Below are positions 27,909 to 36,409 of a DNA stretch of 36,409 bases, piece after piece. A program made the position numbers and the translations under genes. This stretch comes from Solirubrobacteraceae bacterium. GTDB lineage: Bacteria; Actinomycetota; Thermoleophilia; Solirubrobacterales; Solirubrobacteraceae. The notes under the pieces were generated by a model. It had not been told where the DNA came from. It saw nothing but the letters and a program-made list of their open reading frames with translations, and made no database searches. Positions within the stretch are counted from its first letter, which is position 1. Each line of letters opens with the position of its first letter. Location of the stretch: the NCBI GenBank assembly GCA_035455845.1, contig DATIEI010000250.1, positions 1 to 36,409 of the forward strand, read 5' to 3'.

Positions 27909-28952
27909 TCAGGCGGGCGGCGCGGTCGACTCGCGCACGACAAGCTTGGTCTCGAGCTGCACGTGCAGTGCTTCGATCCGCTGGTTCTGGAGCTGGCGGA
28001 CGAGCAGGTTGACCGCCATCCGGCCCATCTCGGCCAGGGGCTGGCGCACCGTGGTGAGTGTGGGCGTGACGATCGAAGCCTCGAATGTGTCGTCGAAGCC
28101 GACCACGGACAGATCCTCGGGGATGCGGATGCCGCGCCGACGGGCCGCCTGCATGACGCCGATGGCCAGCATGTCGTTGAACGCGAACACCGCGGTGGGT
28201 GGATTGGGTAGATCGAGCAGCGACAGCGCCGCCTCGATGCCGCCCTCGGCGTGGAAGTTCGATTCGACCACGAGGTCCGGAGCGGGCATGACCCCGGCCG
28301 CCGCCAGCGCACCGCGGTAGCCGCGCAGTCTCTCCTCGGTGGCGATCCATCCGCGCGGCCCGGTGATCGCGGCGATCCGCCGGTGGCCCAGCGAGAGCAG
28401 ATGCTCGACCGCCTCACCGGCCCCCGAGGAATGTGCCGCGGACACCGTGGGAACGCGTTCGTCGAGCTGCTTGAGCGGGTCGGCGATCACGAACCGGTAG
28501 CCGTGCTCGTGCAGGGCGGCGAGCTCGTCCGGTGACTCCTCGGGCAGGATCAGCAGCGCGCCATCGGTCGTGCCCTGCATCAGGCGCTCGAGCAACGACG
28601 CCTCGCGATCGTGCTCGTGGTGGGTGGGGCACAGGACCATCCGCATGTCCTGCTCGTAGAGCGCCTCGCCGGCACCGTCGAGGATCACCGCGAAGTAGGA
28701 ATGGTGCACGACCGGCGTGGTCACCCCCACCAGGCCCGTGCGTCCGGCCGACAGGCCGCGAGCCGTGCGATTGGTGCTGTAGCCGTATTCGCGCACCACT
28801 CGCAGCACGGCGTTGCGCGCCCGGTCGGACACCTCCGCGCGACCGTTGATCACGCGCGAGACGGTCGCGGTCGAGACGCCGGCGAGGTCCGCGACCTCGC
28901 GGATCGTCAGCCGGTTGCCGCGGCCATTCTCGGGGCTCGTGGTGGAACTCAT
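27909..28952 (-). CDS. LacI-family transcriptional regulator (probable repressor of the ABC/GH1 cluster)
   Basis: TIREVADLAGVSTATVSRVIN, AVFAFNDMLAIG, DLSVVGFDD, LTTVRQP. Confidence 0.94.
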   Translation of the reverse strand: MSSTTSPENGRGNRLTIREVADLAGVSTATVSRVINGRAEVSDRARNAVLRVVREYGYSTNRTARGLSAGRTGLVGVTTPVVHHSYFAVILDGAGEALYEQDMRMVLCPTHHEHDREASLLERLMQGTTDGALLILPEESPDELAALHEHGYRFVIADPLKQLDERVPTVSAAHSSGAGEAVEHLLSLGHRRIAAITGPRGWIATEERLRGYRGALAAAGVMPAPDLVVESNFHAEGGIEAALSLLDLPNPPTAVFAFNDMLAIGVMQAARRRGIRIPEDLSVVGFDDTFEASIVTPTLTTVRQPLAEMGRMAVNLLVRQLQNQRIEALHVQLETKLVVRESTAPPA

Positions 28953-28974
28953 TGCGACTATTCAATCACGACTT

Positions 28975-28988
28975 ACGAAACGTTACAA
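28975..28988. promoter_or_regulatory. LacI-type operator near the LacI gene start
   Basis: ACGAAACGTTACAA with central CG; shares ACGAAACG with the site at 29085. Confidence 0.6.
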
Positions 28989-29075
28989 GTACGCTTTCGC
29001 CAACAGCCTCCAATAGTGCGGAATTCCCGCAGCAGACCCGCGGAAATCAGGCAGTAATCACCGTAGAACAGGGGC

Positions 29076-29110
29076 TTGACACGCACGAAACGATTCCGGT
29101 AGCGTTTTCA
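29076..29110 (+). promoter_or_regulatory. SigA-like promoter with overlapping LacI-type operators
   Basis: TTGACA-N18-TAGCGT (29076-29105); ACGAAACGATTCCG (29085-29098) in the spacer; CGGTAGCGTTTTCA (29097-29110) over the -10. Confidence 0.7.
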
Positions 29111-29148
29111 CCGTAGCCGCGAGGTATTGAGGAGGAGCACGAGAGGCC

Positions 29149-30132
29149 ATGTGGTTCATCACCCGTCGATTGACGTTCTACGTCGTCGCGGCCTGGGTGG
29201 CGATCACGGTCAACTTCGCGATCCCGCGCGTGATGCCGGGCAACGCGGTGAACACGATGCTGGCGAAGTTCCCGCAGCTCCAGCCATCGTCGTTGCGGGC
29301 GCTCGAGGCGCAATTCGGCACACATGCGCATGGCAGCCTGCTCAGCCAGTACTTCACGTACCTGGGCAACGTGTTGCACGGAGACCTGGGTGTGTCGGTC
29401 AACCAATACCCGTCCAAGGTCACCACGGTGCTCGCCCAGACGCTCCCCTGGACGCTGATCCTGGTCGGAACCGCAACCATCATCAGCTTCGTCTTGGGGA
29501 CCCTGTTGGGGATCCTCGCCGCCTGGCGGCGGGGCGGCGTCCTCGACCGGATAATGCCCGGCTTCACGTTCCTGCAGGCGACGCCGTACTTCTTCCTGGC
29601 TCTGGTCGTGATTCAGGTGTTCGCCGTGAGCTGGGGCCTGTTCCCGTTCGGCCAGGGTTACAGCCTGGGGCTCTCGCCGGGGTGGAACTGGTCGTTCATC
29701 TCAAGCGCTGCCTACCACTCCGTCCTGCCGGCGTTCACGATCGTGATCACCTCGATGGCCGGCTGGATGTTGCAGATGCGCAACGTGATGATCACGACGA
29801 TCGCCGAGGACTATGTCCTGGTGGCCCAGGCGAAGGGCTTGCCCACGCGCCGGGTGATGATGACCTACGCCGCGCGCAACGCGATCCTGCCGAACCTCGC
29901 CGGTTTCGCGCTCTCGCTCGGCTTCGTGGTCGCGGGTGCGCTCGTTATGGAGATCGTCTTCTCCTATCCCGGCGTGGGGTTGACGCTCTACAACGCGGTG
30001 ACCTCTGACGACTTCCCGATGCTCCAGGGCATCTTCCTGGTCATCTCGCTCTCGGTGCTGCTGGCGTGCCTGATCGCTGACATCGTCTACTTCTTCGCCG
30101 ACCCGCGCACGCGAACCAGGGGGGCCGATTGA
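29149..30132 (+). CDS. Opp/Dpp-family ABC permease (OppB-like)
   Basis: NFAIPRVMPG, QYFTYL...GDLGVS, EDYVLVAQAKGL, RNAILP, EIVFSYPGVG, DPR. Confidence 0.93.
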   Translation: MWFITRRLTFYVVAAWVAITVNFAIPRVMPGNAVNTMLAKFPQLQPSSLRALEAQFGTHAHGSLLSQYFTYLGNVLHGDLGVSVNQYPSKVTTVLAQTLPWTLILVGTATIISFVLGTLLGILAAWRRGGVLDRIMPGFTFLQATPYFFLALVVIQVFAVSWGLFPFGQGYSLGLSPGWNWSFISSAAYHSVLPAFTIVITSMAGWMLQMRNVMITTIAEDYVLVAQAKGLPTRRVMMTYAARNAILPNLAGFALSLGFVVAGALVMEIVFSYPGVGLTLYNAVTSDDFPMLQGIFLVISLSVLLACLIADIVYFFADPRTRTRGAD

Positions 30133-31151
30133 TGTCGGCGCTGGCCGCTCCTGCCGAGCCCCTCCCGGGCGGCGCCGAGCAGGCTGCGGCGGCTGTCGTC
30201 GCAAGGCGCGGCGCAATGCTCAGGCGACTTCCGGGCAAGGCCCGCGTGGGCGCGGTCATTCTCGGCCTGTTCATCCTGGTGGCGATCATCGGCCCTTGGA
30301 TCGCGCCGTATGACCCGTCGGCGACGATTCCGAGCCAGGCGCTTCCCACCGCCCCGAGCGCTTCGCATCTGCTGGGCACGACCGCGACCGGTCAGGACGT
30401 GCTCTCCCAGCTGCTGGTCGGCACGCGTTCGACGGTCGTGCTCGGCCTGCTCACCGGGCTCATCGCCACGCTCCTGTCGGTGGTGATCGGGACGTCGGCC
30501 GGGTTCCTCGGCGGCCTGTCCGACGAGGGGCTCTCGCTCCTGGCCAACGTGTTCCTGATACTGCCTGCCCTTCCATTGCTCGTGGTGATCCTCGGGTACC
30601 TCCCCAACACGGGCGAGCTCCCGACAGCCATCGTCCTGAGCGCGCTGGGCTGGCCATGGGGAGCGCGGGTCATCAGAGCCCAGACACTCTCGTTGCGGGG
30701 CCGCGATTTCGTCGCCGCAGCGCGTGAGAGCGGGGAGAGCAACTGGCGGATCATCTTCTTCGAGATCCTCCCCAACGAGATCGGCCTGATCGCCGCCAGC
30801 TTCGTCGGCACCGTCCTGTACGCGATCCTCACCTCGGTTGCGTTGGCCTTCCTCGGCGTCTCGGATCTATCGACCTGGAGCTACGGGACGATGCTGTACT
30901 GGGCCCAGAGCTCCAACGCGGTGCAGCTGGGCGCATGGTGGTGGTACGGCCCGCCGGGCGTGTTCGCGGCGCTGCTCGGCATGAGCCTGGTGCTGCTGAA
31001 CTTTGGACTGGACGAGCTGGGCAACCCGCGCCTGCGGACGGCGGGGCCGCGAAAGATCAGCCGCCGTTCATGGCGACCCGCCGATCCCACGCCGGTGATC
31101 CGGGACGACGTCGTGACGATGGGCGATCATCGGAAGGACGTGCCGGCATGA
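30129..31151 (+). CDS. Opp/Dpp-family ABC permease (OppC-like)
   Basis: [49 protein letters not shown]. Confidence 0.93.
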   Translation: MMSALAAPAEPLPGGAEQAAAAVVARRGAMLRRLPGKARVGAVILGLFILVAIIGPWIAPYDPSATIPSQALPTAPSASHLLGTTATGQDVLSQLLVGTRSTVVLGLLTGLIATLLSVVIGTSAGFLGGLSDEGLSLLANVFLILPALPLLVVILGYLPNTGELPTAIVLSALGWPWGARVIRAQTLSLRGRDFVAAARESGESNWRIIFFEILPNEIGLIAASFVGTVLYAILTSVALAFLGVSDLSTWSYGTMLYWAQSSNAVQLGAWWWYGPPGVFAALLGMSLVLLNFGLDELGNPRLRTAGPRKISRRSWRPADPTPVIRDDVVTMGDHRKDVPA

Positions 31152-33400
31152 CCGCACGGGCCGAATCCGATCTGCGCCACGCGGTCCCTCCGGCCGGCCA
31201 GATCACTGTGCCGCCGGTGCCCCCGCGCGAGCCGGTGCTCGACATCCGGGACCTGTCGATCGCCTATGCATCGGCGGGCGGCGACGTCAGGGCGGTGCGG
31301 AATGTCGACCTCACTCTGCACCGCGGCGAGGTGATCGGGCTCGCAGGCGAGAGCGGCTGTGGCAAATCGACGCTCGCCTACGGCGCAGTCAGGCTGCTCC
31401 GTCCGCCCGCGATGATCACCAGCGGAAGCGTCACCTACCACGGCCGCCGCGCCGGCACCAGTGACGTCGATGTGCTCGCCGCCTCGGCCGCGCGGCTGCG
31501 TGCGCTTCGCTGGCGTGAGATCGCGATTGTCTTCCAGAGCGCGATGAACGGCCTGAACCCGGTGTTGCGCGTGCGCGACCAGCTACTTGACGCGCTCGAG
31601 GCGCATGCCTTGCTGACGACGCCGGAGCGCCACGATCGAGTCGTCGATCTGATCGAGATGGTCGGCATTCCGCGGGCCCGCCTGGGGAGCTATCCGCACG
31701 AGCTCTCGGGTGGCATGCGCCAGCGGGTGATGATCGCGATGGCGCTGGCGGCCGAGCCCGAGGTGGTGATCATGGACGAGCCCACGACCGCCCTCGACGT
31801 CGTCGTCCAGCGCGAGATTCTGGCCGAGATCTTCGAGCTCAGGGAACGGCTGGGATTCTCGGTCGTGTTCATCACGCACGACCTGTCGCTGCTGCTCGAG
31901 ATCGCCGACCGGATCGTGATCATGTACGCCGGTCAGCTGGTCGAATCGGGCACCCGCGAGCAGATTCGCACCGACGCGGCCCATCCATACACGCAGGGCC
32001 TGCTGACTTCCTTCCCCCGTCTGCGCGGACCTCGCCAGAAGCTGTTGGGAATTCCAGGCTCTCCGCCGGATCTCCGCGGGACCACGCCCGGATGCCCGTT
32101 CGAACCGCGTTGCCAGTTCGCGACCGACAGCTGCACCGGCGTCGCTATGCGGCTGCTCCCGGCCGGACCCGCGGACTCGGCGCACGTCACGGCGTGCCCG
32201 TTCGTAACCGCCGAGCAGGTTGACCCGGCCCACGCCGCAGCCGCGGCGCAGCGGGGCGCAGCGGCCGCCGTCGGCGCGGCCACGCCGACACAGCCGGACG
32301 CTGAAGCGGACGGCGGTGCGAGCCTCGCCGGCCCTGGCCCAGTCGCGCTTGAAGCGATGCACCTTGACAAGCGCTACCGGCTCGGGCGGGGTCGGCACGC
32401 AGCGGTGCTCTCGGCCGCCCACGAGGTGTCGCTCGAGCTTCGCCGTGGAACGATCGTCGCCCTCGTGGGTGAGAGCGGCTCCGGCAAGACGACGGTGGCG
32501 CGGCTGCTGGCCGGCCAGGAACCGCGCTCGGGCGGCCAGATCGAACTTGACGGAAAGCCGATCGACCCCGCCGCGCACCGCGGCTTCCGCGCCTACAAGA
32601 GCGAGGTCCAGATGGTCTTCCAGGACCCGTTTGCCTCGCTCAACCCGGTGCATACGGTGCGCTACCACCTCGAGCGCGCGCTCCGCGTGCACCGAAAGCG
32701 CACCGGCCTCGAGTCCAGCCAAGTCGCCGCCGAGCTCGACAAGCTGCTGACCCAGGTCCGCCTCACGCCCCCGGCGCAATTCCGCGACGCGTATCCGCAC
32801 GAGCTGTCCGGCGGGCAGCGTCAGCGGGTGGCGATCGCGCGGGCGCTCGCCGCTTCGCCGCGCGTGTTGCTCGCCGACGAGCCCGTGTCCATGCTCGACG
32901 TCTCGATACGCCTCGAGGTCTTGGACCTGATCGACGAGCTCCGGCGCCGGCTCGACCTCGCGGTGCTCTACATCACCCACGACATCGCGTCGGCGCGCTA
33001 CTTCGCAGACCAGATCCTCGTGACGTACGCGGGCGAGATCGTCGAGCGCGGACCGGCCGAGCAGGTGACCCAGAATCCCTCCCACCCATACACGCAGCTG
33101 CTCATATCAGCCGCGCCCGATCCCGACGCGTTCGGGCGCCAACTGCAGCGCGATGAAGCCGCAGCCGTACGGCGGCCGAGCACCCAGCCACGGGTACCCG
33201 TGGGCGAGGGTTGCCGGTTCGCCCCCCGCTGCCCATACGCGCACCTGCGCTGCGAGACGCAGCCGCCTCTGATCGAGACCGGTCCCGGACGCGGCGCCGC
33301 CTGCTGGCTGCTGGACGGCGCGGCGCCTGAGACCGAATCGCCCGGTCCTGAGCGGCCGCGGGGCAATGAGGACGAAGGGAGGCGCGAGCAGATGAAGTGA
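31148..33400 (+). CDS. Fused double ABC ATPase (OppD-OppF-like)
   Basis: Two NBDs (GESGCGKS...LSGGMRQR; GESGSGKT...LSGGQRQR), each followed by HPYT and a Cys-rich tail. ATG 31148 overlaps the permease stop. Confidence 0.93.
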   Translation: MTARAESDLRHAVPPAGQITVPPVPPREPVLDIRDLSIAYASAGGDVRAVRNVDLTLHRGEVIGLAGESGCGKSTLAYGAVRLLRPPAMITSGSVTYHGRRAGTSDVDVLAASAARLRALRWREIAIVFQSAMNGLNPVLRVRDQLLDALEAHALLTTPERHDRVVDLIEMVGIPRARLGSYPHELSGGMRQRVMIAMALAAEPEVVIMDEPTTALDVVVQREILAEIFELRERLGFSVVFITHDLSLLLEIADRIVIMYAGQLVESGTREQIRTDAAHPYTQGLLTSFPRLRGPRQKLLGIPGSPPDLRGTTPGCPFEPRCQFATDSCTGVAMRLLPAGPADSAHVTACPFVTAEQVDPAHAAAAAQRGAAAAVGAATPTQPDAEADGGASLAGPGPVALEAMHLDKRYRLGRGRHAAVLSAAHEVSLELRRGTIVALVGESGSGKTTVARLLAGQEPRSGGQIELDGKPIDPAAHRGFRAYKSEVQMVFQDPFASLNPVHTVRYHLERALRVHRKRTGLESSQVAAELDKLLTQVRLTPPAQFRDAYPHELSGGQRQRVAIARALAASPRVLLADEPVSMLDVSIRLEVLDLIDELRRRLDLAVLYITHDIASARYFADQILVTYAGEIVERGPAEQVTQNPSHPYTQLLISAAPDPDAFGRQLQRDEAAAVRRPSTQPRVPVGEGCRFAPRCPYAHLRCETQPPLIETGPGRGAACWLLDGAAPETESPGPERPRGNEDEGRREQMK

Positions 33401-33413
33401 TCGCCGGGCGCAA

Positions 33414-33525
33414 GCCGAGTTCGAGGCAGGCTCGGCCATTCGCTTAAGCCCGTGCCCCCGGCCTCACCCGGGGGCACGGAACCCGTCTCATACGCGACAC
33501 GGCCTTGGTTCGCACCAATGCCGTG
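33414..33525 (+). other. Cluster of three hairpins between the ATPase and binding-protein genes
   Basis: GCCGAG/CTCGGC (33414-33436); perfect 12-bp CCGTGCCCCCGG/CCGGGGGCACGG (33450-33479); CACGGC.TTGGT/ACCAA.GCCGTG (33498-33525). Confidence 0.6.
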
Positions 33526-33577
33526 GCTGTCCACATACGTGACAAGGCTCTTTTAGCAGAGAGGAAGGTGATCCTCG

Positions 33578-35263
33578 ATGAAACGTTGGATTCATCAGCG
33601 ATCATGGCTCGCCGGGTGCGCAGCGGTCGTCGTCGCCGCAATCCTCGTCGGCTGCGGCGGAACCAGCAGCAGCTCGAGCTCCGGCAACGGGAAGGCGAGC
33701 AGCAGCAGCAGCAACGCGGTGCTGACCGTCGAGTCGAGCCAGCAGAACTCGATCACGAAGAACTTCAACCCATACGTGCCGTCGTCGGCGGCGACCTTGC
33801 TCGGTGCGACGTCGCTCGTCTACGAACCGCTACTCCAGTTCAACGCGATCAAACCGGGGCAGCAGTACAACTGGCTGGCCACCGGATACACGTGGTCGAA
33901 CGGCGGCAAGTCGATCACGTTCACGATTCGCCCCGGGGTGAAATGGTCGAACGGCAGTCCGCTCACCGCGGCTGACGTCGCCTTCACCTACAACCTGATC
34001 AAGAAGTACCCGGCCGCGAACATCACCGGGCTGTCGACACAGAGCGTCAGCTCGTCCGGCAACCAGGTGACGCTCACGTTCCCATCGCCGCAGTACTCGA
34101 ACCTCCAGAACATCACGAGCGTGTACATCGTTCCGGAGGCGACCTACGGCAAGGTCGGTGACCCCGGCAAGTACGTGGACGCCAACCCGATGGGATCGGG
34201 GCCGTATACAGTCTCGAACTTCACCTCGCAGGGCATCACGCTGAAGGCCAACCCCAACTATTGGGGCGGCAAGCCCGCCGTGTCCACGGTGCAGTTCCCG
34301 GTGTATGCGTCGGCCAATGCGGCCCTCTCGGCGCTGCAGACCGACCAGCTCACCTGGGCCGGTAACTTCATCCCGGGCGTCGAGAAGGTGTTCGTCGCCG
34401 GTCACCCCAACCACAAGGTGTGGTTCGTGCCGGTTCAGACGAACAGCCTGATCCCGAACCTGGAGAAGTTCCCGACCAACCAGCTGGCGGTTCGCAAGGC
34501 GATCAGCCTGGCCATCGACCGCACGGCGATCAGCCAGCAGGCACATGGCGGGATCGCGCCGCCGGCAAGCAACGCGAGCGGCCTGACCCTCCCGGTGTTT
34601 CAGCAGTTCCTGGCGCCGTCAGTCGCCAACCAGACACTGAACCCGCATTCGGACATCGCCGGAGCCAAGAAGGTGCTCCAGGACGCGGGATACGTGATGG
34701 GCAGCGACGGACTGTTTCGGACGAAGTCCGGCCAGACGCTGAAGATCGACATCACCAATCCCTCCTCGTTCAGCGACTACGCCGCCGGCGACGCGATGAT
34801 CGCGCGGTGGCTGCGTCAGGCGGGGATCGACGCCAAGTTCGTCGGTCAGTCGGTTACCGCCTGGTCGGGTGACCTCGCCAGCGGGAACTTTCAGCTGTCG
34901 CAGCGCTGGTCGCAGACGAGCGTGGCGCCGTACCAGCTGTACAGCACGTGGCTGAACAGCGCTCTGGTCACCGACAATGCCGCCGGTAACTTCGAGCGGC
35001 TGAAGGACCCGAATGTCGACGCGATGCTGGCGAAGCTGGCCGCCGCGCCGACGGCTGCGGAGCAGCAGGCGGCGGTCGCGCCGATCGAGGAGTACGTGGC
35101 GGCGAACCTGCCGATCATCCCGACCACCTTCGGGGTGGCGTTCGACGAGTACAACACCAGCCAGTTCACCGGCTGGCCCTCGGAAAGCAACCCGTATCAA
35201 TCGGGTAGCCCGAACTCGCCCACCAACGAGGTCGTGATCCTGCACCTGCGGCCGACTAGCTAG
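33578..35263 (+). CDS. Family 5 (Opp/Dpp) substrate-binding lipoprotein, probably sugar-binding
   Basis: Lipobox LVGC plus Ser linker, NFNPY, YEPL, WLAT, KWSNGSPLTAADVAFT, GSGPY, VRKAISLAIDR. Confidence 0.92.
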   Translation: MKRWIHQRSWLAGCAAVVVAAILVGCGGTSSSSSSGNGKASSSSSNAVLTVESSQQNSITKNFNPYVPSSAATLLGATSLVYEPLLQFNAIKPGQQYNWLATGYTWSNGGKSITFTIRPGVKWSNGSPLTAADVAFTYNLIKKYPAANITGLSTQSVSSSGNQVTLTFPSPQYSNLQNITSVYIVPEATYGKVGDPGKYVDANPMGSGPYTVSNFTSQGITLKANPNYWGGKPAVSTVQFPVYASANAALSALQTDQLTWAGNFIPGVEKVFVAGHPNHKVWFVPVQTNSLIPNLEKFPTNQLAVRKAISLAIDRTAISQQAHGGIAPPASNASGLTLPVFQQFLAPSVANQTLNPHSDIAGAKKVLQDAGYVMGSDGLFRTKSGQTLKIDITNPSSFSDYAAGDAMIARWLRQAGIDAKFVGQSVTAWSGDLASGNFQLSQRWSQTSVAPYQLYSTWLNSALVTDNAAGNFERLKDPNVDAMLAKLAAAPTAAEQQAAVAPIEEYVAANLPIIPTTFGVAFDEYNTSQFTGWPSESNPYQSGSPNSPTNEVVILHLRPTS

Positions 35264-35270
35264 CCGCACA

Positions 35271-35314
35271 GGCGCCCGCTTCCCGTGCCTCCTCTCACCA
35301 CGGAAGCGGGCGCC
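35271..35314 (+). terminator. Strong stem-loop after the binding-protein gene (partial terminator or mRNA stabiliser)
   Basis: GGCGCCCGCTTCC(C)GTG pairs with CACGGAAGCGGGCGCC: 16 bp with one bulged base, no U-tract. Confidence 0.65.
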
Positions 35315-35352
35315 ACCGCCGCGTTCGCACTTTCGAGTTCTAAGGAGAAGAC

Positions 35353-36409
35353 ATGACTGGGACGTCAGCCAATGGCGCGCCGGGGGCACGCCGCTTTCCA
35401 CCCGGTTTCCTGTGGGGTGTCTCGACCTCGGCCTACCAGATCGAGGGCGCCGTGCACGAGGACGGACGCGGCCGGTCGATCTGGGACACGTACAGCCACA
35501 CGCCGGGCAAGACCCACGGCGGCGACACGGGCGACATCTCGTGCGACTCGTATCACCGGATGGACGAGGATCTCTCGCTGCTGAGCGAGCTCGGCGTTGA
35601 CGGCTATCGCTTCTCGATCGCCTGGCCGCGGATCCAGCCCACCGGTCGCGGAGCCGTGAACGAGCGCGGACTCGATTACTACCGCGCGCTGGTCGCCGGC
35701 CTGCGCGACCGAGGAATCATGCCGGTGGCCACCGTGTATCACTGGGATCTGCCCCAGGCGCTCGAGGACGAGGGCGGGTGGGCCAACCGTGAGACGGCCG
35801 AGCGCTTCGCGGAGTACGCGCAGCTGCTGGCCCAGGCGCTCGGGGACCACGTCGCGATGTGGATCACGATGAACGAGCCCCAGCAGGCGGCCAACCAGGG
35901 CTATCGCGTGGGGACGCACGCGCCGGGTAAGACCGACTACGGGCTGGCCGCCGCGGCGACCCATCACCTGTTGCTCGGTCACGGCCTGGCCCTGGAGGCG
36001 ATGCGAAGCTCGCTGCCGGGCCGCACGGCGATCGGCATCTCGCTCGACCTCCATCCGGTCCGCCCAACCAGCGAGGACGCGCTCGAGTTGGCGGCGGTGC
36101 TGGACGCCGAGCACAACCGGATCTTCCTCGAGCCCGTGTTCCATGGCACCTATCCCGACGCGGTTCGGGCAGAGCTCCTGCCGCCGGCCGAGCTGATCGA
36201 GACCGGTGACATGAGCACGATCTGCGCGCCAATCGACTTTCTCGCCGTCAACTACTACTCGCCGTACTACGTCCGCGCAGGCGACTGGGACGACCTGCGC
36301 GTGGGTGAGAGCCGCCTGCCCGGTCATCCCGGGTTCGTCAACTCCGCTCCGGCGGAGCTTCCGAAGACAAACATGGGGTGGCTGGTCGAGCCGGCCGGCC
36401 TGTACGACA
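35353..36409 (+). CDS. GH1 beta-glucosidase (3' end outside window)
   Basis: Not in the ORF track. Translated by hand from ATG 35353 after TAAGGAG: FPPGFLWGVSTSAYQIEG, YRFSIAWPRI, YHWDLPQ, acid/base motif TMNEP, VNYYS, MGW. Confidence 0.95.
   Translation, partial: MTGTSANGAPGARRFPPGFLWGVSTSAYQIEGAVHEDGRGRSIWDTYSHTPGKTHGGDTGDISCDSYHRMDEDLSLLSELGVDGYRFSIAWPRIQPTGRGAVNERGLDYYRALVAGLRDRGIMPVATVYHWDLPQALEDEGGWANRETAERFAEYAQLLAQALGDHVAMWITMNEPQQAANQGYRVGTHAPGKTDYGLAAAATHHLLLGHGLALEAMRSSLPGRTAIGISLDLHPVRPTSEDALELAAVLDAEHNRIFLEPVFHGTYPDAVRAELLPPAELIETGDMSTICAPIDFLAVNYYSPYYVRAGDWDDLRVGESRLPGHPGFVNSAPAELPKTNMGWLVEPAGLYD

Noticed and set aside
27215-28417. 400-aa ORF that looks like a full-length acyl-CoA dehydrogenase
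   Set aside because: The first ~175 aa are an off-frame reading of the LacI gene; only the C-terminal part is homologous, so the full length is coincidental
29058-29116. TCACCGTAG repeated 50 bp apart around the ABC promoter
   Set aside because: A single 9-bp repeat with no assignable factor; the CG-centred LacI sites already explain the regulation
30935-31147. Upstream extension of the double ATPase
   Set aside because: Overlaps the OppC-like gene out of frame; ATG 31148 with an ATGA overlap is the plausible start
24653-33400. LivM-LivG and OppD-OppF gene fusions as novelties
   Set aside because: Both fusion types are well known in ABC transporters
33661-33715. AGC trinucleotide runs as a possible contingency repeat
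   Set aside because: In-frame poly-Ser linker after a lipoprotein Cys, an ordinary feature

Overview
High-GC, actinobacterial-looking window; Thermoleophilia/Solirubrobacterales is my inference from protein style, lipoproteins and sigA-like promoters. It is densely coding, and I saw no rRNA, tRNA, CRISPR, transposase or integrase. In order: a NarL-type two-component pair divergent from an acyltransferase and an EamA transporter; an 11-gene LacI-controlled inositol operon on the minus strand (iolE, sugar ABC transporter, two Gfo/Idh/MocA dehydrogenases, an RmlD-like reductase, iolD, iolB, iolA, an MBL-fold hydrolase) that lacks iolC and iolJ; an endonuclease V homologue with substituted catalytic residues; a small Ser/Arg-rich protein with a helical C-terminus; MFS, YbaK, cupin and FadR-type genes plus a REP/BIME-like intergenic repeat; an FAH-family hydrolase with a Liv-type ABC transporter; a 5'-truncated acyl-CoA dehydrogenase; and a second LacI divergent from an Opp/Dpp-type ABC transporter and a GH1 beta-glucosidase that runs off the window. 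Best candidates for something undescribed are the variant inositol pathway, the Ser/Arg-tailed phasin-like protein and the atypical EndoV. All family calls come from motif recognition by eye; no searches were run.
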